Of a DNA stretch of 64,000 bases, positions 49,797 through 60,510 are shown one piece after another (position 1 is the stretch's first letter; every line of letters starts with the position of its first letter). The notes below the pieces were generated by a model. The model saw only the letters and a list, made by a program, of their open reading frames with translations, had not been told where the DNA came from and ran no database searches. Location: the NCBI GenBank assembly GCA_048940925.1, contig JBHLOC010000003.1, positions 146,583 through 210,582 on the forward strand, written 5' to 3'. The position numbers and the translations under genes were made by a program. Origin of the DNA: Promethearchaeota archaeon. GTDB lineage: Archaea; Asgardarchaeota; Lokiarchaeia; Sigyniarchaeales; SOKP01.

Positions 49797-51395
49797 ATGC
49801 TAAAACTTAATGAATATAAAATACAAATAATTCTATTAGCACTAGTATTAACCTCAATAAGAATCATCTATATTTTTATTGGAGGTCTTAGATATATAGC
49901 TACTACATTAACTATTGATGATACTTATTATTATTTAAACACGGCTTGGAATACTAAAAATCATGGGTTTGTGACTTTCGATGCTTTACATTCAACTAAT
50001 GGTGTCCAATTTTTGTGGTTTTTAATTGTTTATATATTCAGTTTTCTCACCACTTCTAAAGATGTCTTTCTAATCATTATTCTAATTCTCGATGTAATTA
50101 TAATGGGACTCTGTTTTATACCCATCTGGAGTGTTGGTATAGAAATTAACAATGATTATTTTCCATTAGTTTTATCCATGGTATGGTTTATTATGATATT
50201 TTTTTCAAGATATTCAAAAAAATTTTTTATGGGAATGGAAAATGCTATTCATAGTTTGATAATTTGGTTTATTATCCTTTATTTTATAAGAGTAATGAAA
50301 AAGGATGAGAATTTGAGGAGAAATTTCTTGATTCTAACATCTCTATTAATTTTAAACGTTTGGACTAGATATGATTCAATAATTTTTGCAGGAGTAATTT
50401 ATTTGTTTATTCTATTTGATTTATTTATTTATAAAAAAAAAATTAACTTAAAAATGGTAATATTATCAATTTCTTTGATTATAATTGGAATGGGTATATT
50501 AATCCTTGGATTTTATTTAATGGGTGGTTCTGTTATCCCCATAAGTGCAAAAATTAAAACTACATTTAATCCAAATACTACATTTTCTCAATATTTATTT
50601 AATATTATGTTTATCAATACATTGGAATTTGCATTCAGGGAAATTTTATCAGCAATGCTTATAGTATTTCTGATCTCACTTAATTTGAAATTCCTCTATG
50701 ATATTTTAAAGAAAAAAAAGAAAAAGACTACATTGAAAAGTCTAATAATAATATTAACGTTATCCAATTTTATATATAGTTTAATTATTGGGTATATATT
50801 TAATCGGTACTATGTTTGGTACTTATCCTTAAGTTTTATTCTCTGGGCGTGTGTAATCACTTATATAATTACCATTATAATAACCGGATTTCAAAAGAAA
50901 ATACATATCTCTAACAGAAATTTCAATTATAAAAAAAAAATTTCATATGGATTAATGATGTTATTTATTTCAACAACTATTTTACGTTTTAACATTTACA
51001 TGTTAGATGAAATTGGTGATTATTATAATGAAAGTTATTCCGCGAGATATAATACTGCAATTTGGTTAAAATCAAATACAAACGCGGAAGATATTATTGG
51101 ATCTTGGAATGCTGGTATTATTGGATTTTTCTCAGAAAGAAGAGTTATCAATCTCGATGGGTTAATAAATAGTCATGATTATTATGAAAGGATATTATTG
51201 GATAGTAATATTAGGTGCTATTACTGTAGGTTCAATTCAAGTGAATTTGTGGAATATCTAAACGATAACAATGTATCATATATTGTTGACTATAAGTTTC
51301 ATGGATTTAAACCGTGGTATGCAAATTTTACATTAATCAAGGAATTTCCATGTCAAGGTTGCCTTCCGATACAGGTTTGGGCTAGGATTACTTAA
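49797..51395 (+). CDS. Polytopic membrane protein, GT-C superfamily glycosyltransferase-like
   Basis: DDTYYY after TM1, TNG, GMEN, more than 10 TM helices, WNAGIIGFFS..VINLDGL. Confidence 0.7.
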   Translation: MLKLNEYKIQIILLALVLTSIRIIYIFIGGLRYIATTLTIDDTYYYLNTAWNTKNHGFVTFDALHSTNGVQFLWFLIVYIFSFLTTSKDVFLIIILILDVIIMGLCFIPIWSVGIEINNDYFPLVLSMVWFIMIFFSRYSKKFFMGMENAIHSLIIWFIILYFIRVMKKDENLRRNFLILTSLLILNVWTRYDSIIFAGVIYLFILFDLFIYKKKINLKMVILSISLIIIGMGILILGFYLMGGSVIPISAKIKTTFNPNTTFSQYLFNIMFINTLEFAFREILSAMLIVFLISLNLKFLYDILKKKKKKTTLKSLIIILTLSNFIYSLIIGYIFNRYYVWYLSLSFILWACVITYIITIIITGFQKKIHISNRNFNYKKKISYGLMMLFISTTILRFNIYMLDEIGDYYNESYSARYNTAIWLKSNTNAEDIIGSWNAGIIGFFSERRVINLDGLINSHDYYERILLDSNIRCYYCRFNSSEFVEYLNDNNVSYIVDYKFHGFKPWYANFTLIKEFPCQGCLPIQVWARIT

Positions 51396-51814
51396 TTTTC
51401 ATTATTCGCGCTCCATACAGATCAAAATTAAGCTTCAATAAAAAGAATTTACACAACTTAGCATTTTTTTCTTTTTATTTTTATTAATTATTTTTTCATT
51501 AAATGATTTCATAATGGATTTTTAAATTGATTTTTATATTAAAGACTTCCCAATAATTAGATCTAAGAAGCAGTTTTCTTAAATTATCATGAACTTTTCT
51601 AAATTTTCCTTTAAATTTAAGAAAATTATTTTCTGGCTCGGATTTGAAATAGCTCTTAATCTTATAAAAATTATTAGTCACAAGTTCCATTAATTATTAT
51701 CTCTTTTTAATCTGATGATTCATGTATTGAAATGTCCCTATTTTCCTTTTAAGTAATTCTATTAAGTAATGAACTATTATCATATTAAAGATTAGTTAAG
51801 TTCAATAAAAAGGT

Positions 51815-53140
51815 TTGTACATGTTGACAAAACAGAAAATTGTGTTAATTGGAGCAGGATCACTACAATTTGGGCTGGGAACCGTTGGTTCGATTCTAGA
51901 TAGTGAAATATTACAAGGCTCTACTATCTGTTTGCATGATATAAATACCGAAACTCTAGATCTAGCTTATATTGCATGCAAATCTACAATTGATGAGAGG
52001 GATTTAGATTTTATTTTGGAATCTACAACAGATAGAAAAGAGGCGCTGAAAAACGCTAACTTTATTGTTAATTCCATTGAAATCACTCCCAGATTTGAGT
52101 TATTAGAAATGGATTATCGAATTCCCCTGCAATTTGGGTGTAAAGCAATTACAGGAGAGAATGGGGGCCCTGGAGGTTTATTCCATGCACTTAGATTAAT
52201 ACCACCAATTTTAACTATTTGTGAAGATATTAATAGAATCTGTCCCAATGCCTTATTGATTAATTATTCTAATCCTATGAGTACTATTTGTCTAGCAATC
52301 AAAAGACAATTTCCCAGGTTAAAATTTGTCGGACTTTGCCATGAACTTCATGATTTCTATCCAATTCTAAAGAAAATTCTCGGAACTTCAGCTTCAAATT
52401 TAGACATTAGAGCAGGAGGCCTAAACCATTTTGGTGTTATACTAGACATTAAATATAAAAATACCGGTAAGGATGCATATCCAGATATACGCAAAAATGG
52501 ACCAAAAATACTCAGATCTATAGAAAATGGACCTTATCTCGATAATGGCTATGATTTAATTGCTTTTATTTTAGAAACATATGGATATTTACCATATACT
52601 ACAGACTCACATTATGGAGAATATATACGATGGGCATGGGAAAAAGCAGATATTCCTTCAGTCCGTAAATTTCATAGAGATTATGAAGCCTATTTAAAAA
52701 ATAATTTTGAAAAGCTAAAAAAATTAATAAAAAGGGGAAAAAGCACTAAACTGGTAGGACCTGATGAAGAGAGGGCTGTACCTATTATTGAAGGTATTTT
52801 AGGCAATACTGATAATAGAGAACCTTCAGTAAATATTCCCAATGATAATATTATTATCAATTTGCCAAGAGATTTAGTCGTTGAATGTCCTGCTATAATA
52901 AATAAAAATGGTATTCATGGCATTAAGCTAGGCGAATATCCAAAAGGACTTGTAGCACTGTTAAATACACAAGCTTCAGTTCAGGATTTAATAGTTGAGG
53001 CTATACTTACAAAATCTAAAACGATTGCTTTACAGGCATTGCTAGCTGATCCTGTAGTTGAAACTTATTGGCAAGCAAAAAATATACTAGAAGAGATGTT
53101 AAAGCTTCAGGAAAAATATCTTCAAATTAAATTAGAATAA
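51815..53140 (+). CDS. Family 4 glycoside hydrolase (NAD-dependent alpha-glucosidase/galactosidase)
   Basis: IGAGS, GPGG, NYSNP, GLCH, GLNHF. Confidence 0.92.
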   Translation: MYMLTKQKIVLIGAGSLQFGLGTVGSILDSEILQGSTICLHDINTETLDLAYIACKSTIDERDLDFILESTTDRKEALKNANFIVNSIEITPRFELLEMDYRIPLQFGCKAITGENGGPGGLFHALRLIPPILTICEDINRICPNALLINYSNPMSTICLAIKRQFPRLKFVGLCHELHDFYPILKKILGTSASNLDIRAGGLNHFGVILDIKYKNTGKDAYPDIRKNGPKILRSIENGPYLDNGYDLIAFILETYGYLPYTTDSHYGEYIRWAWEKADIPSVRKFHRDYEAYLKNNFEKLKKLIKRGKSTKLVGPDEERAVPIIEGILGNTDNREPSVNIPNDNIIINLPRDLVVECPAIINKNGIHGIKLGEYPKGLVALLNTQASVQDLIVEAILTKSKTIALQALLADPVVETYWQAKNILEEMLKLQEKYLQIKLE

Positions 53141-53169
53141 AAAATTTTTATTGTATATTTCTCTTGATT

Positions 53170-54264
53170 CTATTTTTTTAATTTAATTTTTGCTTCTTGA
53201 ATTAAATGGAATAAATCCTCCATGGTCGGTGGTGGAACATACTCTTTTTCTTTTTTCTGAAGTGTAATAGCATCTGAAGGACAAACTACAACACAATTTC
53301 CACACCCAATGCATCTTTTTCTATCTATTGAAGCAGTATCATCAACAAGAGTTATAGCTTTAAGTTGACAACGATCAAGACATATACTACATCCAGTACA
53401 TAATTCAGAATCTATTTGAGAATAGTAATTAGAATCAACATAATTGGCGGGATCAGGAACTTTTAACAAATTAGCTATCCCTTCATCACAGCAATAGCAG
53501 CAACTACAAATAAAATCAATATTTTGGGCATTATTTGGGCGAAAAATTAAGCCTTCTTCTTGATTTTGGTTTAATATTTGTAGAGTTTCTTCTTTAGTAA
53601 TTTGAGTCCCCCAACCTTGATCTATATAATTTTGGGCTAAAGCTCCAAGTCCAAGACAATTTTCTTTATGTTTAGTCATTTTACATGGGTCTCCATGAAG
53701 ATCCATTTCTTGACGACAAATACAGTTAATTTTTACGAATGGGCCTTTACTCTCTTCTATAGTTTTTTTTATATTATCATATGGGGCAATATTATGCTCT
53801 GGTTTAATACCTATATCAATTGGAATGATGCGAAGTTGATGATAATCTGTTGGGTTAGCTTGTTTACCCCAGATTTCAACAATATACTCTTCTAAAGTCT
53901 CTAAAAATTCTTTTGTGAGTTTGTTAACTTGAAATTCGTACATACCAACGATTAAAGCAGCATTACCATAAAATTTTTTCTCCCCTTCTCTTTTTGACGT
54001 GATTGAGCCTTTTTTAGCCATGATATCTAATTTTTCCTCTAATTGTTTTAGAGAAACTCCAGATTCTTTTGCTCTTTCGTATATCTTCTCTATTGGTTCA
54101 AGATCTTTATCCCATCCAAATCTTAAATATTGGGCAATTTTAGCTTCTTCAGGTGTAAAAAGCTGCTTTAATAACCGTATGTCCGAGCCTGATTTGGCAG
54201 GAGGAAATCCAATAGGCATTTGATCAAGATGTTCCTGCAATTTTCGGTAATTTTCTTCACTCAA
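53170..54264 (-). CDS. 4Fe-4S binding protein with N-terminal wHTH-like domain (paralogue 2)
   Basis: FTPEEA, CICR, ICSCCYCC, two CxxCxxCxxxC motifs. Confidence 0.88.
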   Translation of the reverse strand: MSEENYRKLQEHLDQMPIGFPPAKSGSDIRLLKQLFTPEEAKIAQYLRFGWDKDLEPIEKIYERAKESGVSLKQLEEKLDIMAKKGSITSKREGEKKFYGNAALIVGMYEFQVNKLTKEFLETLEEYIVEIWGKQANPTDYHQLRIIPIDIGIKPEHNIAPYDNIKKTIEESKGPFVKINCICRQEMDLHGDPCKMTKHKENCLGLGALAQNYIDQGWGTQITKEETLQILNQNQEEGLIFRPNNAQNIDFICSCCYCCDEGIANLLKVPDPANYVDSNYYSQIDSELCTGCSICLDRCQLKAITLVDDTASIDRKRCIGCGNCVVVCPSDAITLQKKEKEYVPPPTMEDLFHLIQEAKIKLKK

Positions 54265-54314
54265 AATTTAGTTTTCACCCTGTAAGTCCGTTTAATACAC
54301 AATGTTTATAACTT

Positions 54315-55439
54315 TTATGAATCTTTTTCTTTAATTTTAATCTTTCTTTCCATAACTTTATCAAATAAATCGTCCATTGTCGGATAAGGTATGAATTGTC
54401 TTTCTCTCTTATGAAGGAAAATAGCTTCTTCAGGGCATTTCGCAACACAATTTCCACATCCGATGCAACGTTTTATCTTTATTGAAGAGACTTCATCCTT
54501 AAGTGAGATTGCCTTCATCTGGCATACTTCAATACAAGTACCACATCCTGTACATAAATCAGGATCCACTTCTGCATAATAATTTGCTACTACTACAGCT
54601 CCAGGATTAGGCAACATTACATATTTTGATAAATTTTCACAGCAACAACTACAACAACTACAAATAAATGATAATTTCTGAGAATTATCTGGTTGAATTA
54701 TTAAGCCTTCTTCTTGATTTTTTCGTAAAATTTCACGAGCTTCTTCTTTAGTTATTGAACGACCCCATCCTTGATCGATCATCAATTGAGCTGGAACTCC
54801 GAATCCCATACAAACTTCTCTTCTGTCAGTAATTTTGCAAGGATCTCCTAAAATATCCTTTACTTGTCTACACACACAGTTAGTGATTGCAATTGATCCT
54901 TCATAAGTGTCAAGACACTTTCCAATATCATCAAAAGGACTAACATTTTTTTCGAATTCTATACTTTTTTCTACTGGAATTGTTCGTAATTGGGCTGCCT
55001 TTACCCTAAATGCTTCTGGAAACCAAGCTTGCACACTATAATCTTGGAAATCTTTAACAAATTCTTTTGTGAGCTTATTTACCTGAAATTCAAACATGCC
55101 TACCATTAATAGAGCATTTCCGTAATATTTTGTATTTCCTTCTCTTTTAAACATTATAGAACCTTTTGATACCATCCTATCTAAAATCTCTTCTAACTCT
55201 TCAAGAGAAATTCCAGTTTCTTTTGCACGTTCGTAAATAACTTCTAAGCGCTCTAAATCTCTCTCCCAACCGAATTTTAAAAATGTGGCTATTTTAGCTT
55301 CTTCAGGTGTGAAAAGATGCTTTAATAAGCGAATATCTGCACCTGATTTCACAGGAGGGAATCCTACAGGCATTTTATCCAGATGTTGTTGTAATTTCCT
55401 ATAAATTTCATCATCTTGAATTAGACTGTTATCAGCCAT
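54315..55439 (-). CDS. 4Fe-4S binding protein with N-terminal wHTH-like domain (paralogue 1)
   Basis: FTPEEA, CVCR, ICSCCSCCC, CTGCGTC, CIGCGNC. Confidence 0.88.
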   Translation of the reverse strand: MADNSLIQDDEIYRKLQQHLDKMPVGFPPVKSGADIRLLKHLFTPEEAKIATFLKFGWERDLERLEVIYERAKETGISLEELEEILDRMVSKGSIMFKREGNTKYYGNALLMVGMFEFQVNKLTKEFVKDFQDYSVQAWFPEAFRVKAAQLRTIPVEKSIEFEKNVSPFDDIGKCLDTYEGSIAITNCVCRQVKDILGDPCKITDRREVCMGFGVPAQLMIDQGWGRSITKEEAREILRKNQEEGLIIQPDNSQKLSFICSCCSCCCENLSKYVMLPNPGAVVVANYYAEVDPDLCTGCGTCIEVCQMKAISLKDEVSSIKIKRCIGCGNCVAKCPEEAIFLHKRERQFIPYPTMDDLFDKVMERKIKIKEKDS

Positions 55440-55658
55440 ACTTTAGTCATCTTTTTATCATTCAATTTCTAAATAAATTATTATATTGTAATTTTCTTTT
55501 TTTAAATTCTTTATTAAAATAGAAAAAAAGGTGCTATCTTCATTATTAAAATTTGTTATATAATTTTAACTTAGAAGCGAATAAAAATCTTAATACATTG
55601 TGAATCAAATATCTAAAATATAGATTTTTCTATTAAATTTTATGAGGTCAAACTAAAA

Positions 55659-56681
55659 TTGAAAGTAGATATTTCTGATGGGATAGAGAGTGGTAATTTA
55701 ACTATTAGGGTTTTAACAGCAAATACAGTTCTTTTGTCTTTATTAACAGATGAAAAATTCAAGGGTAAAGTATTACATCCCCATGCTTTTGCTAGTAGAC
55801 TATATGCTGAACATGGATTTGCTTTGAGTATTGAAATAAACAATAAAGAACTCAAAAAAAAATTTCTTTTTGATACAGGGGGCCCTAGAAATGCAATATT
55901 AACAAATACTGAAGCATTGGGAATTGACTTTAAGGATTATGATAAATTAATCCTGAGTCATGGGCATACAGACCATTTTGGAGGTCTTTTGAATGTAATT
56001 CCAAAATTAAGAGAAGGAAGTGAGATAATTTTATCACCCAATTTTTATAATCAAAATATTATCTTAGTACCAAAATCAGGTCAAGAATATTTCTCTTCCG
56101 ATACTTTAAATGAAAAATACCGTGAATTATTAAAAGAAAATGCTTTTCTTTTTAACTTAAAAATTCCAGTTTTAAATAAAAATATATTCGAAAATTTAGT
56201 AAATCAAAATAATCTTAAAATAGTTGAAATCGCTGATCCAATAAAATTAACAAATGGTATCACTACGAGCGGAGAAATAGAAATATTTGACGAAAAGGAA
56301 ATTACTAAATGTATATATCTAATGAAAGGGAGGAAAGAATTTGCACAAAATACCTTTAGAGACGAAATTTCAATCTATATTAATGTCAAGGATAAAGGGC
56401 TTGTAGTTCTTACAGGATGTGGACATACGGGAATTGTAAACACGATTAAACACGGTCAAAAAATAACTGGTATTAATAAAATTTATGCAGTTATTGGTGG
56501 TTTCCATAAAGAATGGGAGAAATCTGAAGACATTGAAGAATCAGTAAAATTTATTGAAAATTTAAATCCTGAAATAACCTGTGGAATGCATTGCACTGGT
56601 TTTGAATTTAACAAAATAATGAGCGCGAGAGGACATCCATCTCATACTTTAGGTGTTGTTGGTACTGAATTTCATTTATAA
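55659..56681 (+). CDS. MBL-fold metallo-hydrolase (COG1237-like)
   Basis: AEHGF, FDTG, SHGHTDHFGG, TGCGH.G, GGFH, HCTG. Confidence 0.88.
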   Translation: MKVDISDGIESGNLTIRVLTANTVLLSLLTDEKFKGKVLHPHAFASRLYAEHGFALSIEINNKELKKKFLFDTGGPRNAILTNTEALGIDFKDYDKLILSHGHTDHFGGLLNVIPKLREGSEIILSPNFYNQNIILVPKSGQEYFSSDTLNEKYRELLKENAFLFNLKIPVLNKNIFENLVNQNNLKIVEIADPIKLTNGITTSGEIEIFDEKEITKCIYLMKGRKEFAQNTFRDEISIYINVKDKGLVVLTGCGHTGIVNTIKHGQKITGINKIYAVIGGFHKEWEKSEDIEESVKFIENLNPEITCGMHCTGFEFNKIMSARGHPSHTLGVVGTEFHL

Positions 56682-56770
56682 TTCATTATTTCTATTTTTT
56701 TTAATAAATTGACAAAAACTTAAGCTTTATAAATAAAAATTTACTCTTCAAAAATTTGTAATATTTCCCT

Positions 56771-57238
56771 TTAATCATCCCAATTTATGATATGTTCTGG
56801 GAACGACTTAATATTTTTTAGAGCTTTACGTAGGAATAAGGGATATAATTTTATTGTGCCTATTGTACTAATATCAACCCACTTAAAGATTAATTTAAAT
56901 TCTCTCCCATGGAAAGTGTCATTTTCAAAAATAATTTTTGAATCAGAATTACATTCCATTAGATAAAAAATAGATATTTCATGGTAATTTTTACCTTCAA
57001 AATAAAAGAAGTTTTCTACAAAGTAGAGTGGTCGAATTATTTCTACCTCAACTCCAATTTCTTCTTTCATTTCTCGGATAAGTGCATCTTTTGATATTTC
57101 TAAAAATTCACATCTTCCCCCAGGTAATGACCAGAAATCATCAATGATATTTCGGTGCACTAGAACTTTACCCTCATGAATAATGACTCCAGCGACCCTA
57201 TAAGAAAAGATATAACCATTCTTTTCGAAAGTTATCAT
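56771..57238 (-). CDS. NUDIX hydrolase
   Basis: LPGGRCEFLEISKDALIREMKEEIG. Confidence 0.9.
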   Translation of the reverse strand: MITFEKNGYIFSYRVAGVIIHEGKVLVHRNIIDDFWSLPGGRCEFLEISKDALIREMKEEIGVEVEIIRPLYFVENFFYFEGKNYHEISIFYLMECNSDSKIIFENDTFHGREFKLIFKWVDISTIGTIKLYPLFLRKALKNIKSFPEHIINWDD

Positions 57239-57336
57239 ATGAAGTATTTAAGTCTTAAACTATAATTAACCTTCTGTTTTTTGTTAATTTTAACTGTTTA
57301 TAATTATAAAATAAGAAAAAAAAGTGTGTTATAACT

Positions 57337-58110
57337 CTAATCCCTGAAACCATAATATACGTTGATTAATAATAATAAAAGTCCAACAAGACTTAATTTA
57401 TAATCTGTCAATTTAATTATTACTACATCCCATTCAAAGGTAAAACAAACCAAGGATGCTACTACTATTATGAACATTAAAGTTGAGATAATGTTCCTTC
57501 CTTTTCTCTTCCACCAGCTACCTTCTTCTAACATCAATTTTTCAATAATTTCGACTTCAGAAAGAGAAGCATCCATAATTGCAATCTTTCCTCTAAGTTT
57601 TTTCTTTTCTCTAGAATAAGCTATAGACCTAAGAGATGCACCAATAATAAATAATATAATTATAATTAATAGATCAAATAATGTATTAGTTGCTTCAAAT
57701 GGGATTTCTGCAAAATAAATAGTAATTATAGCTATGGATAACATTGATACTAAAAGAATCCGAACAGAATATTTAGGCAAGTATAACGGATATTTTTCCT
57801 TCTTTGCCTCCTGCATTACTATATCAGGTTTTTTAATTTCATCAACTAATTGTCTCATTTTTTCATGCTCACTTCTTCTTGCTTCAAAATAAAAAGCAAC
57901 CACAACAAAGATCACATTTACGATTAAACCCGGTATTACTTTACCAGTCAATAAATAACCAAAAGGAAATGCTACAATCATAATGGTGCTCAATCCTCTA
58001 ACCGTTCCACGTGGCATTCCAAGAGGATGCCCCTCAACTTTTCCTCCTTCACTAAATCTGTTAATTAAAACCCAGGTACCAAAAACTAATAATAAAATAA
58101 ATGATATCAT
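57337..58110 (-). CDS. Membrane protein with internal duplication
   Basis: HPLGMPRGTVR and YPLYLPKYSVR each precede a TM hairpin. Confidence 0.7.
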   Translation of the reverse strand: MISFILLLVFGTWVLINRFSEGGKVEGHPLGMPRGTVRGLSTIMIVAFPFGYLLTGKVIPGLIVNVIFVVVAFYFEARRSEHEKMRQLVDEIKKPDIVMQEAKKEKYPLYLPKYSVRILLVSMLSIAIITIYFAEIPFEATNTLFDLLIIIILFIIGASLRSIAYSREKKKLRGKIAIMDASLSEVEIIEKLMLEEGSWWKRKGRNIISTLMFIIVVASLVCFTFEWDVVIIKLTDYKLSLVGLLLLLINVYYGFRD

Positions 58111-58307
58111 TTTTTTTGCCTTTTTAATGTATTATTCAAAAAATATCTGTATAGAATTTAAAATTATTTTATGATACTATTTGATTTTGAGATTTTTAAT
58201 ACTTATGAAATTATTCTTTCATGATCTCAATAGATCTATATATATTTTAGATTAATTAATTTTACAATTCAATTTCATTATTCTATTTTTCAGTTATTAG
58301 TAAAAAA

Positions 58308-59216
58308 TTAGATTAATGCCGCCATGTCTTTAATATTCTGCGCAATTCTCATTAAATTTTTAATCTTTTCCTTATTTTCATAACTTAAATTCTTCAAAAT
58401 TTCATCTGCCTTGCTGAAAAGTTTGTCTTTTTTAATCCATACAATAAAAGCTAATTTATCATCTTTTTGTAAAAAAGCTCTCATAACTTCATCAAAATAT
58501 TGCTTAACATCCCTATAAAAATTTAACACTTTATTGTTTAACCTCAGATCTTTCAGGATTTCACCAATTTCTTGAATCTTTTCGCAGAACATTCTATAAT
58601 CCATTGCTTCGAGAGGTGTAAATTCACTACTTGATGAAATATAGACGCCTGTCCTAAGATAAGTTCTAATATGAATAACTAATATAAAGTAAAACTTTCT
58701 TAATTGCTCGAAATTATCACTTAAATCATCTATTGATTTGTTTTCTAAATCTTGAAACATATTAGCCACCAAATATAATAAGCGTTGGATTAACTTTTTA
58801 GTAGGTATTTCTTTGTAGCCAAAATTTTGAACAATTATTTTTTGGTTAGTTTCTTCAATAATCTCGGTATTTGGGAGCCTATTTACATATTTTCTAATAT
58901 ATTTTCTTAAGACTTTATTAATTTCTGTATCTGACATTATAGTTATCTTTGTTTGACCTGCGAGACTTAATTTAAGTAATGCCCAAATTACATATTCATC
59001 TGCTTCTAAAACTGTTTCATGCTTACCTGTTTTTTCCTTTTCTTTTTCCTTGTTTGGAAATATTAATAGTGTTCCATTGTCTTGAACTTCTATAGTTGCG
59101 GTTGAACCTGCTTCTAACTCGTAATTGTCTGCCCATTGTTTAGGCAAACTTATAACTAATGAACCTCCTAATTTTTGCAGTTTTCTATAAGAATGTTTTC
59201 TCTCCATAATTATCAT
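58308..59216 (-). CDS. Archaeal PhoU-family regulator with N-terminal AbrB/MazE domain
   Basis: RKLQKLGGSLVISLPKQW followed by a helical PhoU-like domain. Confidence 0.82.
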   Translation of the reverse strand: MIIMERKHSYRKLQKLGGSLVISLPKQWADNYELEAGSTATIEVQDNGTLLIFPNKEKEKEKTGKHETVLEADEYVIWALLKLSLAGQTKITIMSDTEINKVLRKYIRKYVNRLPNTEIIEETNQKIIVQNFGYKEIPTKKLIQRLLYLVANMFQDLENKSIDDLSDNFEQLRKFYFILVIHIRTYLRTGVYISSSSEFTPLEAMDYRMFCEKIQEIGEILKDLRLNNKVLNFYRDVKQYFDEVMRAFLQKDDKLAFIVWIKKDKLFSKADEILKNLSYENKEKIKNLMRIAQNIKDMAALI

Positions 59217-59333
59217 ATATATATTGATATAATATATACTTTTTGATCTTATATATATACTTTATACCATAAGTTTATACATCAATTTATACTTGTATAA
59301 TTTAGATATAAAAAAAGATGTGATTACAAAAAA

Positions 59334-59477
59334 ATGGCATTATTTGATATATTACTTCCTGAAAAAAGTGAGAATAAACTAAAAGAATTAAAAGAAAAGC
59401 TTGAATTGAACCCTAATTATATTCAAGAAAAAGAAGCATATAAGATAACGAAAGAGTTTAAAGTATATACTCTATAA
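59334..59477 (+). CDS. Small hypothetical protein (47 aa), absent from the ORF track
   Basis: MALFDILLPEKSENKLKELKEKLELNPNYIQEKEAYKITKEFKVYTL*; divergent from the PhoU regulator and followed by a T-tract. Confidence 0.5.
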   Translation: MALFDILLPEKSENKLKELKEKLELNPNYIQEKEAYKITKEFKVYTL

Positions 59478-59654
59478 AAAATACTTTTTTTACCCTATTT
59501 ATTATATACCGTATATAGATTTAAACATTCGATTTTATTCGAGATAACAGTAAAGATTTTTAGCATTCTATAATCTTGAAATAAAATGTAACTCAAATAC
59601 TACTTTTTTTATGATTTATTAGATTTTGATGGAATTGGATTTAAAAGAACCACT

Positions 59655-59760
59655 ATTTCTAATCCATGATTCCTTTAAATTATTTAAATTATCAGGTCCC
59701 TTGATCTATATTATGTTATCATGTTTTAGATATGATTCTTCTAAATTTCGTAAATTATCA
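59655..59760 (-). pseudogene. Decayed leucine-rich-repeat fragment
   Basis: DNLRNLEESYLKHDNII*IKGPDNLNNLKESWI resembles the SDS22-type LRR consensus. Confidence 0.4.
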
Positions 59761-59882
59761 TAAACACAGACTTTGAACAGATAATAAAATAGGTTAATTC
59801 AATTTTTTTCTTTATTATACTCTATGAGCATTAATCTTAAATAGGCGAGTATTCTGTTTGAAATATAGCATCCTATAAAAGA

Positions 59883-60506
59883 GTGATAAAAATACCGAGA
59901 ATCCTAACTTTACAATATAAAGACTTGGAGATCCCCACTAGCCTAAAAATATTTTCTCGTAATACATTATATGGGAGAAGTATGATAGAGAAAAGAGGAG
60001 CAGGAGGAGAAGTATATAGAAACGCTTATCTAACTGCGGATGGAACTCACATACTTCCAAGCAAGTCGATCAGCGCCCAATATGTCGATCCTCGAGGAGA
60101 TTATATTGCAGAAACTATGCTGGTGGATGCTGATGGAAAAGCTATCCCCATTACGAGATCAATGTATAAAGAACCTGTAGAGCTCTCGAAGACCATTTCC
60201 CTTGAAGATTTTTTTAGTTATAATGTAGAACGGACGTATATCTTGACTTCTGAACAAGAAGAAGAGCTCAATCAGCTATATCTAATATGTAAAAAACTTC
60301 TTGCCCAAGACAAACTTTTTCATTTCACTTATGCGTATTATGATACCACCAACCCACGAGATGCGATTCTACTCCCAAAGGACAATCAACTTTTTGTAGT
60401 GGATGCTGAGTTTGCCGACTTAATCTTACTCAAACCTTCGGAGATCCTTTACAGTGACATTGAAGAAGAAGAATTGGAGGAAGAAATAGCGTTTGAGGTG
60501 TGGTAA
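59883..60506 (+). CDS. Ku-core-like protein A
   Basis: By-eye collinear similarity to prokaryotic Ku: IPTSLK, ISAQYVDPRGDYI, VELSKTISLEDFFSYNVERTYIL, AILLPKDNQLFV; acidic tail. Confidence 0.6.
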   Translation: MIKIPRILTLQYKDLEIPTSLKIFSRNTLYGRSMIEKRGAGGEVYRNAYLTADGTHILPSKSISAQYVDPRGDYIAETMLVDADGKAIPITRSMYKEPVELSKTISLEDFFSYNVERTYILTSEQEEELNQLYLICKKLLAQDKLFHFTYAYYDTTNPRDAILLPKDNQLFVVDAEFADLILLKPSEILYSDIEEEELEEEIAFEVW

Positions 60507-60510
60507 TACC

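Noticed and set aside
51499-51690. 63-aa minus-strand ORF
   Set aside because: AT-rich and without motifs; cannot be distinguished from chance or a decayed gene.
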